A stretch of 64,000 nt of DNA, from IMG/VR virus record IMGVR_UViG_3300020577_013934, positions 13,623 through 77,622 of that record; one strand, 5' to 3'. The stretch comes from a virus (Duplodnaviria; Caudoviricetes). Below the pieces are notes generated by a model, which saw only the letters and a list, made by a program, of their open reading frames with translations, made no database searches and was not told the DNA's origin. How positions within the stretch are numbered: the stretch's first letter is position 1; the number at the start of each line of letters is the position of its first letter. Of this stretch, positions 1-8,629 are shown one piece after another. Made by a program: the position numbers and the translations under genes.

Positions 1-408
1 GCTGGAAACACGCTCCAATCTATGCCCGTGGCCGCGTTTAACGCGATCATTGTCAGCGCAGCGGCGCCAACGACCACGCTTGGGGCCCGTGTTGTTTCAC
101 CCAGCAACACAGCTGCAACTTTGACGCAAGGTCCGTTCATGCCCCTGGCAGTTGGCGACGGAGGTGTTCGCTTGATTGCCAACTATACTACGTCGGCGGC
201 AAACACTGGGACCATGGCGTTTGTTCTGGGGGCCCCTCTGGCGACGATTCCAATTCAGGTGGCGGGCGTGACCACCCTCATTGACATGGTTCAGCAACTT
301 ATTGGGTTGTACCGAGTCTTCGATGGCGCTTGTTTGTCTTTCCTTGCCTTTTTTCCGGCCGCTACTGCATCTACTTTCGACGGGTCCGTTAACTTTGCTT
401 GGGGCTAA
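1..408 (+). CDS. Hypothetical, probably virion structural protein (5'-partial)
   Basis: Frame open from base 1 to TAA at 406-408; beta-rich A/T/G/V composition; followed 3 nt later by the next gene. Confidence 0.55.
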   Translation, partial: AGNTLQSMPVAAFNAIIVSAAAPTTTLGARVVSPSNTAATLTQGPFMPLAVGDGGVRLIANYTTSAANTGTMAFVLGAPLATIPIQVAGVTTLIDMVQQLIGLYRVFDGACLSFLAFFPAATASTFDGSVNFAWG

Positions 409-411
409 TCT

Positions 412-1716
412 GTGCCGCGTATTCGAGGCTATCCTGGCGGAACGCTGATCCTCTCGTTTGATAGAGGCTTCGTCGGGTGGTCTGAACGACGCGGAGATAT
501 GTTCGTAGGCAACCAAGGTGTGCCTGCGTCGAGCACGTACAAGTATCGGTTGCCGCTAAAGTCGCCGAACTCAACGAATTACAACGAAGCCGTTAATGAA
601 ACGCTGACGCTGTCAGGCGCTTTGTTGACGAAGCTTGACGCCCTCCAGGGCCTTAATGCGTCCGTCGCTTTCAGCGAAGGTTTGGTTGTTCTTTATTCAG
701 CCGTTCGGGGACTTTCAGAGACATTGACATTGTCAGAAGCCTTGAGCGCTGAGCTTGTGTCTGTCCTTGCTCTAGCTGAAACGGTTTCCGGTACTGAGGC
801 ACTTAGTGCCGCGTTGGGTAGTGTTGTGTCACTAACGGAAACATTGACGACAAGCGAACTCCTCGCTGCTGTTGGCAGTGTGATTGTGGGCCTTGCGGAA
901 ACAATTTCCGCCGTTGAATTGTTGTCGGTAGTACGTGGGGTTGTAAGTTTTTTGGCAGACACTGTAACACTCGACGAAGTGACGAGTGTTAGCTACAGCG
1001 CTATTCCACAGATTTTGGAGACCATTGGTGCAACAGAATCGCTTGTTGGGCAATTCTCCACAACGGGTACTATTGTTGAAACTGTTAGCGTAACGGAAGC
1101 GTTTTCCGCTGGCATCTTGTTTTTGACTTCGGTCTTTGAGCTTGTAACTCTTACAGAAGACCTTGCTACTACTTTTGCAGGGTTTCAGACCTTCTTTGAA
1201 CCTGTGCTTCTCGCGGAGACTTTGCAGACGTCACGAAGTGTGTCGGTGGTATTGAATACCGCCGTGCTTCTGCTGGAGACGCTTGCAACTCAGCTATCGG
1301 TGGGCGTTCAGATGTCTGCTTTGGTTCCGTGGGCTACAACGCTACTGCCTTCGTTCTCTACTTTCGTTCCACTGGTTGAAACGTTGCCGTCTTTTGACAG
1401 TATTGAAGCGCGTTTAGCGGCTGCATCGCAGTTGTCGACGCAGGTACTGGTTGTTGATGTTTTGAGCTCTACGTTTGACGGGTTTCAACTTCTTGAAGAA
1501 ACGTTTCAGTATCAAGAGCAACTGGGTACGCGTTACACCATTACGCTTCCGTTGGTTGTAGGTGTTGGCTGGTACGCCGACGTGGATGGATTTAGCTTGC
1601 GTTCGTCCACGACGCGAAAGCTGGATTCTGGCGAAGCTCCATTGCGAACAAGTGGAGGGCATTTAATCCTTCCTGTTCTCAAAAAGCCTATTCGCAAGTT
1701 GAAGGATGGTGCGTGA
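412..1716 (+). CDS. Repeat-rich putative virion protein (about 15 imperfect xxETLTLSE-type repeats, period about 18 aa)
   Basis: 434-aa ORF; repeats VNETLTLSG, LSETLTLSE, LAETVSGTE, LTETLTTSE, LAETISAVE, LADTVTLDE etc.; GC clearly lower than the rest of the window. Confidence 0.55.
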   Translation: MPRIRGYPGGTLILSFDRGFVGWSERRGDMFVGNQGVPASSTYKYRLPLKSPNSTNYNEAVNETLTLSGALLTKLDALQGLNASVAFSEGLVVLYSAVRGLSETLTLSEALSAELVSVLALAETVSGTEALSAALGSVVSLTETLTTSELLAAVGSVIVGLAETISAVELLSVVRGVVSFLADTVTLDEVTSVSYSAIPQILETIGATESLVGQFSTTGTIVETVSVTEAFSAGILFLTSVFELVTLTEDLATTFAGFQTFFEPVLLAETLQTSRSVSVVLNTAVLLLETLATQLSVGVQMSALVPWATTLLPSFSTFVPLVETLPSFDSIEARLAAASQLSTQVLVVDVLSSTFDGFQLLEETFQYQEQLGTRYTITLPLVVGVGWYADVDGFSLRSSTTRKLDSGEAPLRTSGGHLILPVLKKPIRKLKDGA

Positions 1717-2270
1717 TGGCTACGGGTGTGCGGATCTACTGGGAAGCCGATACAGACCCTGATGTGCAGAATTACGAGATTCGTCGAGGGCCGCAAGAGG
1801 GGCAACCTATTGTCCTGTTGCAGGTCGTTCCTCATGCGATTCCGGGCCTTAATTGGTCTGCGACGAAAAATAGATTCTTTTACGACGACCCACAAGGGGG
1901 TCCCGTGAACGTCTATCAGGTTACGGCTGTTTCTTCTGGTGGGGTGGCGATCGGCCAGACAGATGTCTTTACGCCGTTTGGTCCGACGGCTGCGACACCA
2001 ATGAAGATTGCCGTGGATCACAACTATGGAGGGCCAGACGCTCTCCGGTTTGTGACCGAGAGTGGTGTTGGTATTCCAGACGCAGATGTGCGTGTGTACA
2101 CCAAACCCGATTATGACGCGGGACGTTTTGCAGCGCCTATGTATGTTGTTCAGACAGATGACCAAGGACGCTGGCGCCGACCTGCGTTCTTGGATGCAGG
2201 GTTGGATTACGTCCTTTTGATGGAGAAACGTAGCGCTTACGTGAGTCAACCTACGCAGATCACTGTTTGA
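1716..2270 (+). CDS. Hypothetical protein, Fn3/Ig-like beta-sandwich character
   Basis: TGATG coupling to the upstream gene; IYWEADTDPDVQNYEIRR and NVYQVTAV resemble Fn3 strands. Confidence 0.5.
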   Translation: MATGVRIYWEADTDPDVQNYEIRRGPQEGQPIVLLQVVPHAIPGLNWSATKNRFFYDDPQGGPVNVYQVTAVSSGGVAIGQTDVFTPFGPTAATPMKIAVDHNYGGPDALRFVTESGVGIPDADVRVYTKPDYDAGRFAAPMYVVQTDDQGRWRRPAFLDAGLDYVLLMEKRSAYVSQPTQITV

Positions 2271-2320
2271 GGTTCAGGCACAATAGCGCTGAGCCGGCTG
2301 TTAATGCCGCGCGGGGAACT

Positions 2321-2395
2321 TGGCGGGACGGGAGGGAGTCGAACCCACGACCATCGGGTTAACGGCCCGATGCTCTGCCACTGAGCTACCGCCCC
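2321..2395 (-). tRNA. trnN: tRNA-Asn (GTT)
   Basis: Minus strand folds as a cloverleaf: acceptor GGGGCGG/CCGTCCC, anticodon loop CCGTTAA, T-loop TTCGACT, encoded CCA end. Confidence 0.95.
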
Positions 2396-2507
2396 GAAAA
2401 GCGTTCGCTGCCGGAGCATTGGCCCCGGCGGTGCGATTCTTTGAGGTGGCGAGCAAGATGGACATGGATTCGTCTCTATCACTCAAGATAGAGGGACGTA
2501 AATACGT

Positions 2508-2921
2508 GTGTCGAGCAAAAAACACGCCACACGCATTTACGTCACGGACGTGCCTTTGTGTTATTCTGTGTTCGTGAGCTACGCAGCCAACAAGCTCTAC
2601 GTCGACGGACTGAAAGCCGAGTCTTGCACCGATTGCGGGCGCTCGTTCCCGTCGGACGCGATGGACTTTGACCATGTGCGCGGCGTGAAGGGCGCAAACA
2701 TCTCGGACTTGCTTGGCGGCTCGCGAGCCCGGCTTGAAACAGAGTTGCTGAAGTGCGAGCTGGTTTGCGCGACGTGCCACCGGCAGCGCGAGATGACTCG
2801 CCGGCTCGATGCGCATGTCGACGCCGCTGACGCATTTGACGCGGATGCGGCGCTACTTGAGGCGGGCGGACGCTTCGCGGGCCTGTTCGAGGCTAGAGCC
2901 GATACGCTTGAAAAGGGCTGA
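2508..2921 (+). CDS. HNH-family endonuclease
   Basis: CTDCG...MDFDHVRG...KCELVCATCH zinc/HNH signature; true start may be downstream of 2508. Confidence 0.75.
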   Translation: MSSKKHATRIYVTDVPLCYSVFVSYAANKLYVDGLKAESCTDCGRSFPSDAMDFDHVRGVKGANISDLLGGSRARLETELLKCELVCATCHRQREMTRRLDAHVDAADAFDADAALLEAGGRFAGLFEARADTLEKG

Positions 2922-3175
2922 TGGAGTATATACGTCATCCTCGGCGCGACCCTGGAGCACGGCCTCGGCCTTGGCGTGGCAGTCGTCCTCGGTGTCGCAG
3001 AGCGTGACGCCGTTGGCGGCAACGTAGCTCCCGTTGGGCATGTCCTCGCGGGGGTGGATGTGGTGGGCGTCGAGCGGTACGCCCGTGGCGCCGCGTCGCG
3101 CAGCATGCGCACGAGCTCGGCGTGGAACGGGTTGCGCCAGCTGGTGGCGACGTAGATCTGGATCTTGTCGGTCAT
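2853..3175 (-). pseudogene. Out-of-frame chimera: N-terminus MTDKIQIYVATSWRNPFH joined to an HNH C-terminus (LDAHHI...NGVTLC...CH)
   Basis: The coupled ATG at 3175 starts one frame; the HNH motif lies in another frame; the switch is near 3085-3095. Confidence 0.5.
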
Positions 3176-3389
3176 CGCGCAAGGGCCTCCTTCGCCTTCT
3201 GTTTGTTCTTGAAGCACGTGCCGCACTTTACCTTGGATGCGTCGCGCACGAGGTTGCGGGGCTCGAAGTGGCCGCACTCCAGTCGGAGCCAGCGGCAGCC
3301 GCGTTCGTCGACGCCCACGGCGAGCACGGCGCGCAGGGCCCCTGGAGCGAGGCCACCTGCATCGTGCCGGGATGCGACCGGCTGGCCAT
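3172..3389 (-). pseudogene. Small Cys-containing gene with an apparent 1-nt frameshift
   Basis: ATG at 3389 is coupled to the upstream stop, but the GC3-rich coding-like frame (LRAVLAVG...LECGH...KCGTC) is a different frame. Confidence 0.35.
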
Positions 3390-3937
3390 CAGCGCAGCAG
3401 GCCGTGCTTGAGCAGCACGCCGCGCACGACCGAGTGGAAGATCGTGTCCTTGAGGCGCTGCGCGGGCGGCAGCTGGTCGTGCGGCAGGAAGCAGGGGTGG
3501 GTCTTCTTGATCGGGTCCTCGACCTCGCCGTAGCTCCAGTCATGCTGCGCCTTGAACGTCAGCCAGCCCTCGTGGCTTGTCTCGGGCGAGTTGCCCGCGA
3601 GGATGCCCGTGACGCCGGAGCGCACGCTGTTGCGCAGTTCCTCGGGGCACTCCTCCCACGCCGGCTTGACGGCCTCGCCGAGCGCCTTGCGGTACTCGTT
3701 GTTGACGGTGTGCGCGGTCTTGGCGGCCAGCTCGATCACGTCCTGCTTGTCCATCGGTTCGGTCCTCTCGCGGTGCTCCACGAACTTGTGGAGGTACTCT
3801 CGTCGGTACGCTTCGAGCGTGGGGTAGTCAACGTTGAAGACCTTGGCGACGTACCGCACGTCGTCCCACGCCATGTCGCAGTCGAGCGAGGCGAGGAGCT
3901 GGACGCGGACGTGGCGCGGAATCTGGAGTCCGTACAT
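3389..3937 (-). CDS. RyR-domain-containing phage protein
   Basis: SPETSHEGWL...WSYGEVEDPIKKTHPCFLPHDQLPPAQRLKD matches the ryanodine-receptor repeat motif common in phages. Confidence 0.75.
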   Translation of the reverse strand: MYGLQIPRHVRVQLLASLDCDMAWDDVRYVAKVFNVDYPTLEAYRREYLHKFVEHRERTEPMDKQDVIELAAKTAHTVNNEYRKALGEAVKPAWEECPEELRNSVRSGVTGILAGNSPETSHEGWLTFKAQHDWSYGEVEDPIKKTHPCFLPHDQLPPAQRLKDTIFHSVVRGVLLKHGLLR

Positions 3938-3980
3938 GATACTTGACCAAGTTTACCCCGTAACGGAAACTACTCCAACC

Positions 3981-4538
3981 ATGAACCTCACCAACCAGCC
4001 CGCCTATCAGGCTCGCCACCCCAAGTCCGTTCTCGTCACGCCGGAGTTTCCGCACGGCGCGGCGGCGCTCAACGCGCTGTTCGCCAACGACGCGTGGGAG
4101 CGCGACGAGGACATCAACGACACGATCGGCGAGGAGGTCGATCTGTCCACGGACGAGGCTCTCAAGAACTTCCACGCAGGCCCCGGCGAAAAGACCAGCC
4201 ATCGCCTGCGCTGGCGCGCGCCGATCGAGACGCTGCGCGGGCCGTGCTCGCTCTGGAAGGAGACGCACGAGGTGACCAGCACGCAGACGGCGCTCATGGC
4301 CACGCTGCGCGAGCGCCGGAACGAGGCGCCGCCTGCGTCCGTCGACGACGCGGAGCGCCCGGCCGAGGCGCCGCCGCTCCCGAAGTCCTATACGGCGTAC
4401 AAGCTCGTCTGCGAGGTCGACAACCTGCTCGACGGTGACTTCCAGACGCTCACGCGCATCGCCGACCGCCACAACTGCTCGCTCGGCGCCGAGGCGCTGG
4501 GCGACAAGGTGCTGCTTCAGCTCGCGTTCGTGCGATGA
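3981..4538 (+). CDS. Hypothetical protein
   Basis: GC3-rich ORF; start re-assigned to ATG 3981; overlaps the next start. Confidence 0.6.
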   Translation: MNLTNQPAYQARHPKSVLVTPEFPHGAAALNALFANDAWERDEDINDTIGEEVDLSTDEALKNFHAGPGEKTSHRLRWRAPIETLRGPCSLWKETHEVTSTQTALMATLRERRNEAPPASVDDAERPAEAPPLPKSYTAYKLVCEVDNLLDGDFQTLTRIADRHNCSLGAEALGDKVLLQLAFVR

Positions 4539-4948
4539 TCACCCGCGACGCCCAGTTCTACCGTCGCGCGCTCGCCGATCTCCAGGGCGCCAAGCCGACC
4601 CTCGCGTGGATCACGCGGTACTGGGCTCCCGACGGCTCCGACCCGGTGCGCCGCGCGTGGGACGCGTGCTGCGACCCGGCCGCGCTGCTCGACCTGCTGC
4701 GCGCGCTGCGGCAGCCCGTCTACGTCCGGCTCCAGGACCGCTACGTCGACGGGCAGGGCGTGCAGACGGAGGTCAGCGTGGCCGAGCGCTTCGCGGCGGT
4801 GACGCGCACGCCGGCCGGCTTCGAGATCGACCACCTCGGCCTGCTCACGATCGTGCTGCCCACGGTCTGCGACCTGATCCGCTTCCTGCACCCGGCACCG
4901 AACCTGGACATGTTCCTCGACGGAACGCTTTCGCTCGGCGACGCCTGA
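4535..4948 (+). CDS. Hypothetical protein
   Basis: ATGA overlap with the upstream stop; GC3-rich codons. Confidence 0.6.
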   Translation: MITRDAQFYRRALADLQGAKPTLAWITRYWAPDGSDPVRRAWDACCDPAALLDLLRALRQPVYVRLQDRYVDGQGVQTEVSVAERFAAVTRTPAGFEIDHLGLLTIVLPTVCDLIRFLHPAPNLDMFLDGTLSLGDA

Positions 4949-4981
4949 CGGTATCTTCCCCAACCAGGAGACATCCACACC

Positions 4982-5179
4982 ATGCTCGAACTCAAGATCC
5001 AGCTCAAGATCGGCAAGAACGTCTACTCGATCTCCAAGGTCGGCGACAAGGTCACGTACTGGTCCCTCGCCAGCAACAAGAAGCTCGGGCGGCAGGTCGC
5101 CAGCAAGGTCGAGGACGCGGCGAGTCTCAAGAAGCTCCAAGCGGTCTACGCCAAGATCGAGAAGGCAGCTGCTGCCTGA
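4982..5179 (+). CDS. Small basic hypothetical protein
   Basis: RBS AGGAGA upstream; Lys-rich 65 aa. Confidence 0.65.
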   Translation: MLELKIQLKIGKNVYSISKVGDKVTYWSLASNKKLGRQVASKVEDAASLKKLQAVYAKIEKAAAA

Positions 5180-5217
5180 GAACTCGCGCGCCGCGCGCGG
5201 TACAAGGGTGCGTTCGA

Positions 5218-5261
5218 GCGTGTGGCTCGCGGGCATGGCGCTCGCGAGCCACACGCGTTTT
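5218..5261 (+). terminator. Intrinsic terminator
   Basis: 14-bp stem gcgtgtggctcgcg/cgcgagccacacgc followed by gtttt. Confidence 0.6.
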
Positions 5262-5273
5262 CGGAGGAACGCC

Positions 5274-5780
5274 ATGGAGAAGATCGAGTTCAACGGCACG
5301 ACCATCGAAGCCGAAGTTCTGGAGCGTGACCACGACGGGCATCCGCGCCGCATCCGCTACGAGGGCGCGGACCTGCTCTACCGCGACTCGGTGAGGGAGC
5401 AGTATCGTTGGCTCATGGTGGTGGGGTCCTCGCCGCTCCAGGCGGCGCGCGAGCTGCTCAAGGCCGACTACGAGGCCGACGTGAAGCTCATCGCGGACGA
5501 CGTGCGCGAGCGCGTCGCCCGCGACGAGCTCGACTCGCGCTTGGCGATCGAGCGCTTCGTGCGTGAGAGCGTGGACGGTAGTTATCGCCTGTCGAACACG
5601 GCCGCGCAGCGGGAGATCCTGACGTACACGTCCAACCCTGCGGGAGCAGAGGAGGCTTCGGATCTCACGCTCGCGGCTTACGCCGCCTTCATCGCGGACG
5701 TGTACGATGCCCTTGGCGACATCGACGAGCTGTTGGCAGCGGAAGACGGAGATGACGACGATGAACACGACACGGCCTAA
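5274..5780 (+). CDS. Hypothetical protein
   Basis: RBS GGAGG before ATG 5274; GC3-rich codons. Confidence 0.6.
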   Translation: MEKIEFNGTTIEAEVLERDHDGHPRRIRYEGADLLYRDSVREQYRWLMVVGSSPLQAARELLKADYEADVKLIADDVRERVARDELDSRLAIERFVRESVDGSYRLSNTAAQREILTYTSNPAGAEEASDLTLAAYAAFIADVYDALGDIDELLAAEDGDDDDEHDTA

Positions 5781-6096
5781 GACCCCGGAGCTCGACAAGC
5801 TCCGCGCGGCGAAGGAGGACCTCGACTACGTCAGCCTGAGCAACTTCCTCGACTGGCTCAAGGCCAACGGCTGGGAGATCACCAGCCGCGACCCCACCCA
5901 TCCCGTACCCACCAACTTCGACCAGCTCTTCGCGCGCTACGCGCAGATCGACATGTCGAAGATCGACACCGAGACCAAGGCGCTCGTCGACTGGCACGGC
6001 CACGCGCGCGTGGCGCCGACCGGGCCGCCGGCCGCGCCCCTCGTCGCGCTGGCCGTGGCCGCGACGCCGCCGCTCACGCCCAAGGAGAACCCGTGA
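5752..6096 (+). CDS. Hypothetical protein
   Basis: GC3-rich ORF; start at 5752 or 5761. Confidence 0.55.
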   Translation: MTTMNTTRPKTPELDKLRAAKEDLDYVSLSNFLDWLKANGWEITSRDPTHPVPTNFDQLFARYAQIDMSKIDTETKALVDWHGHARVAPTGPPAAPLVALAVAATPPLTPKENP

Positions 6097-6425
6097 CCAA
6101 GCCCAAGACCAAGCCCAAGACCAAGCCGCCCACCCGCTACGATCAGCCGATCAAGATCTTCTGAGCCGTCGTCGTGCGCTTCGGTCCGAAGTGCGAACGC
6201 GGCTTTCTCCCCGTCTACTCCGTCGCCGACGAGCGCGAGGCCGAGGACCTGCTCCTCGCCGCGTGCGGACGCAACCTCGACGGCGAGTTCGTGGCCAAAG
6301 AACTCGCCGCGCACCAGACCCTCGACAACCTCAAGGCGTTCAGCGACCGCCTCCACGCGGTCCACGCGCACCTGCGCGAGCGCGGCAAGTGCCGCTGCGT
6401 CGCCCCCGAGCCCCATACGCCGTAA
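6093..6425 (+). CDS. Hypothetical protein interrupted by an in-frame TGA at 6162-6164 (Sec recoding, nonsense allele or error)
   Basis: AAGGAG RBS + GTG 6093; MTKPKTKPKTKPPTRYDQPIKIF*AVVVRFGPKCERG continues in the same frame into the listed ORF 6174-6425. Confidence 0.55.
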
Positions 6426-6489
6426 ACCTCCGGGCGGGGCAGGGTACAAGTACATAGACAGGAAGTACTGCCCCTCCAAGGAGTTCACC

Positions 6490-7326
6490 ATGAAGCAGCT
6501 CATCAAGAAGATCTTCGGCCTCTGGATTCTCTGCGCCCTGCTTGCCGCGTGCGGCGCGGCGGTCGGTGCCGGCGGCGACGCCAGCGCCGAGCAGCAGACG
6601 CTCGTGACCCCCGACGGCGCCGGCCCCGTGGCCGACGCCGCCCAGCCCACCGACGACGCCGCCCTCGCGGACGACGCCGTCACCCTCGGCGACGCCGCGC
6701 CCGTGGGCGACGGCGCGCAACCCGGCGCCGACGCGAGCGACGCCGCCGTCTCCACGGACGGGGCGCCCCGCGCCGACGCCTTCGACGAGTCGCCCGCCGT
6801 CTGCGGCGGGTGCTTCCTCGGCGCCGCGTGCGTGCCGTCCACGCCCATGGCGTGCGGCTCGAACTCGGCGTGCGTGCGCTGCCCGACGCCGCGCGTGCCC
6901 GAGTGCCAGGAGGCGACCTGCACCGACGGCGCGTGCGGCATCCGCAACCGGCCCAACGGCACGGGCTGCACCGGCGGCGTCTGCGTGGCCGGCGCGTGCT
7001 ACGCGTGCGGCACCAGCGACAACGAGTGCTGCCCCGCCGGCAACCGCTGCAACCCCGGCCTGACGTGCGTCGCCGCCACGGGCAGCACGTTCCAGTACTG
7101 CACGGGCTGCGGCGCCGCCGGGCAGGCGTGCTGCGGCTCCGGCGTGGGTACCGTGACCAGCGGCGGCAGCATGCCCGTCGCCCGCAACCCGGGCGGCACG
7201 TGCAACGCGGGTCTGTCCTGCAACGCCGAGGGCGCGTGCACGTGCGGCGGCCTCGGCGAGGCGTGCTGCACGGGCTTCACGTGCCGCGAGGGTCGCTGCC
7301 GCCACGACGGGACGTGCGGGGTCTGA
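6490..7326 (+). CDS. Cys-rich lipoprotein
   Basis: AAGGAG RBS; signal peptide ending in lipobox LLAAC; acidic Ala/Asp/Pro linker; about 30 Cys in CG...CC repeats. Confidence 0.75.
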   Translation: MKQLIKKIFGLWILCALLAACGAAVGAGGDASAEQQTLVTPDGAGPVADAAQPTDDAALADDAVTLGDAAPVGDGAQPGADASDAAVSTDGAPRADAFDESPAVCGGCFLGAACVPSTPMACGSNSACVRCPTPRVPECQEATCTDGACGIRNRPNGTGCTGGVCVAGACYACGTSDNECCPAGNRCNPGLTCVAATGSTFQYCTGCGAAGQACCGSGVGTVTSGGSMPVARNPGGTCNAGLSCNAEGACTCGGLGEACCTGFTCREGRCRHDGTCGV

Positions 7327-7327
7327 C

Positions 7328-7825
7328 ATGAAGCTGGAAGCCGCCTGCGACAACCCGCTCTGCCCCGCGAAGTACCGCATCACCTTCGCGCCCCACCCCA
7401 ACGCCGACGACATGTTCACCCCGATGCGCGAGGCGGGGTGGCACGTCGGTCCCCACGGCGAGACCGTGCTCTGCCCTGAGCACGCGCCGCCCAAGCCCGC
7501 ACCCACGGGCAAGACCGTCAAGCTGCTCGCGCAGCGCTGGACCGAGCACGAGCGCGGCTGGGGCTCGCGCCCCGACGGCGTGACGCCCCACCTCGATCAG
7601 GCGTCGCGCCTCGCGTACATCCGCGAGTTCAACGCGACGCACAACACCGCGAAGACCGCGCCCGACGAGTACACGCAGTTCGACGGCGACCCGGTGTGGA
7701 TCGACGTGCCCGAGGGCGGAGAGATCCACGCCAAGGTCCTCGCGACGCTGGCCGGGGGCAAGCCGCTCTGGGTCCACTCGGTCCACCAGGACAAGGACAC
7801 CGGCGCGTGGACGGTCAAGCTCTAG
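7328..7825 (+). CDS. Hypothetical protein (N-terminal Cys/His cluster)
   Basis: GC3-rich 165-aa ORF starting 1 nt after the upstream stop. Confidence 0.6.
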   Translation: MKLEAACDNPLCPAKYRITFAPHPNADDMFTPMREAGWHVGPHGETVLCPEHAPPKPAPTGKTVKLLAQRWTEHERGWGSRPDGVTPHLDQASRLAYIREFNATHNTAKTAPDEYTQFDGDPVWIDVPEGGEIHAKVLATLAGGKPLWVHSVHQDKDTGAWTVKL

Positions 7826-8103
7826 CCCGCGCCAAGCAGATCGCCGCCGAGGTGCGCGCGTGGCTCGCCACGTACCACTGCCTCGGCGGCGAGCAGTTTC
7901 ACCTCGGCCCCGAGGGCAGCGGCGTCGTCCTCGTCATGGACTTCGCCGCCTGCCCGATCGTCGGGTACCTCGACCAGTACGGGCACGCCGAGCTGGTCAA
8001 CGACCTCTTTCGACGCCTCGACAAGATGGGCCTGTACGTGAAGCGCGGGCCCGTCTTCTCGACGCTCCACGTCTTCGACAAGTCCGACCTTCCACCCGCG
8101 TGA
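7807..8103 (+). CDS. Hypothetical protein
   Basis: GTG 7807 with AAGGA upstream; GC3-rich frame. Confidence 0.5.
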   Translation: MDGQALARAKQIAAEVRAWLATYHCLGGEQFHLGPEGSGVVLVMDFAACPIVGYLDQYGHAELVNDLFRRLDKMGLYVKRGPVFSTLHVFDKSDLPPA

Positions 8104-8152
8104 CACGCTTACTTACGCCGTAACGCCACACCTAACACGGAGCACACAACCC

Positions 8153-8629
8153 ATGTCCAACAGGATCGTCTACATCATGCGCGGCCTCCCCGGCTCGGGG
8201 AAGTCGACCATGGCCAAGAACATGGCCGGCGCGACCGGCCGCGTCGTCTCGGCCGACGACTTCTTCATGGTCGACGGCGAGTACCGCTTCGACGTCGCCA
8301 AGCTCGGCGAGGCGCACGGCCAGTGCATGCGCCGCGCGATCGAGCACGTGCAGCGCGACGTCGAGGCCCCGCTCGTCGTCGACAACACCAACATCTCGAA
8401 CGTCGAGATCGCGCCGTACGTGCTGCTCGCGCAGGCGTACGGCTGGTTCCCGCAGATCCTGACGCTCCACTCCGAGAGCGCCTACGTCGTGAGCGTCTGC
8501 GCCAAGCGCAACTCTCACGGCGTCCCCATCGAGCGCGTCACGGCGATGTTCGAGCAGCTCCTGCGGGAGCTGCCCGCGACGCCGCCGTGGTGGAGCCAGC
8601 AGGTCCTGACGCCGGTGATCGGGTCGTGA
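8153..8629 (+). CDS. P-loop kinase (AAA_33 / polynucleotide-kinase-like)
   Basis: MRGLPGSGKST Walker A; SADDFF; VVDNTN. Confidence 0.85.
   Translation: MSNRIVYIMRGLPGSGKSTMAKNMAGATGRVVSADDFFMVDGEYRFDVAKLGEAHGQCMRRAIEHVQRDVEAPLVVDNTNISNVEIAPYVLLAQAYGWFPQILTLHSESAYVVSVCAKRNSHGVPIERVTAMFEQLLRELPATPPWWSQQVLTPVIGS

Noticed and set aside
7696-7825. Programmed frameshift linking 7328-7825 to the next ORF
   Set aside because: An in-frame GTG at 7807 with an upstream AAGGA explains the downstream gene without a shift
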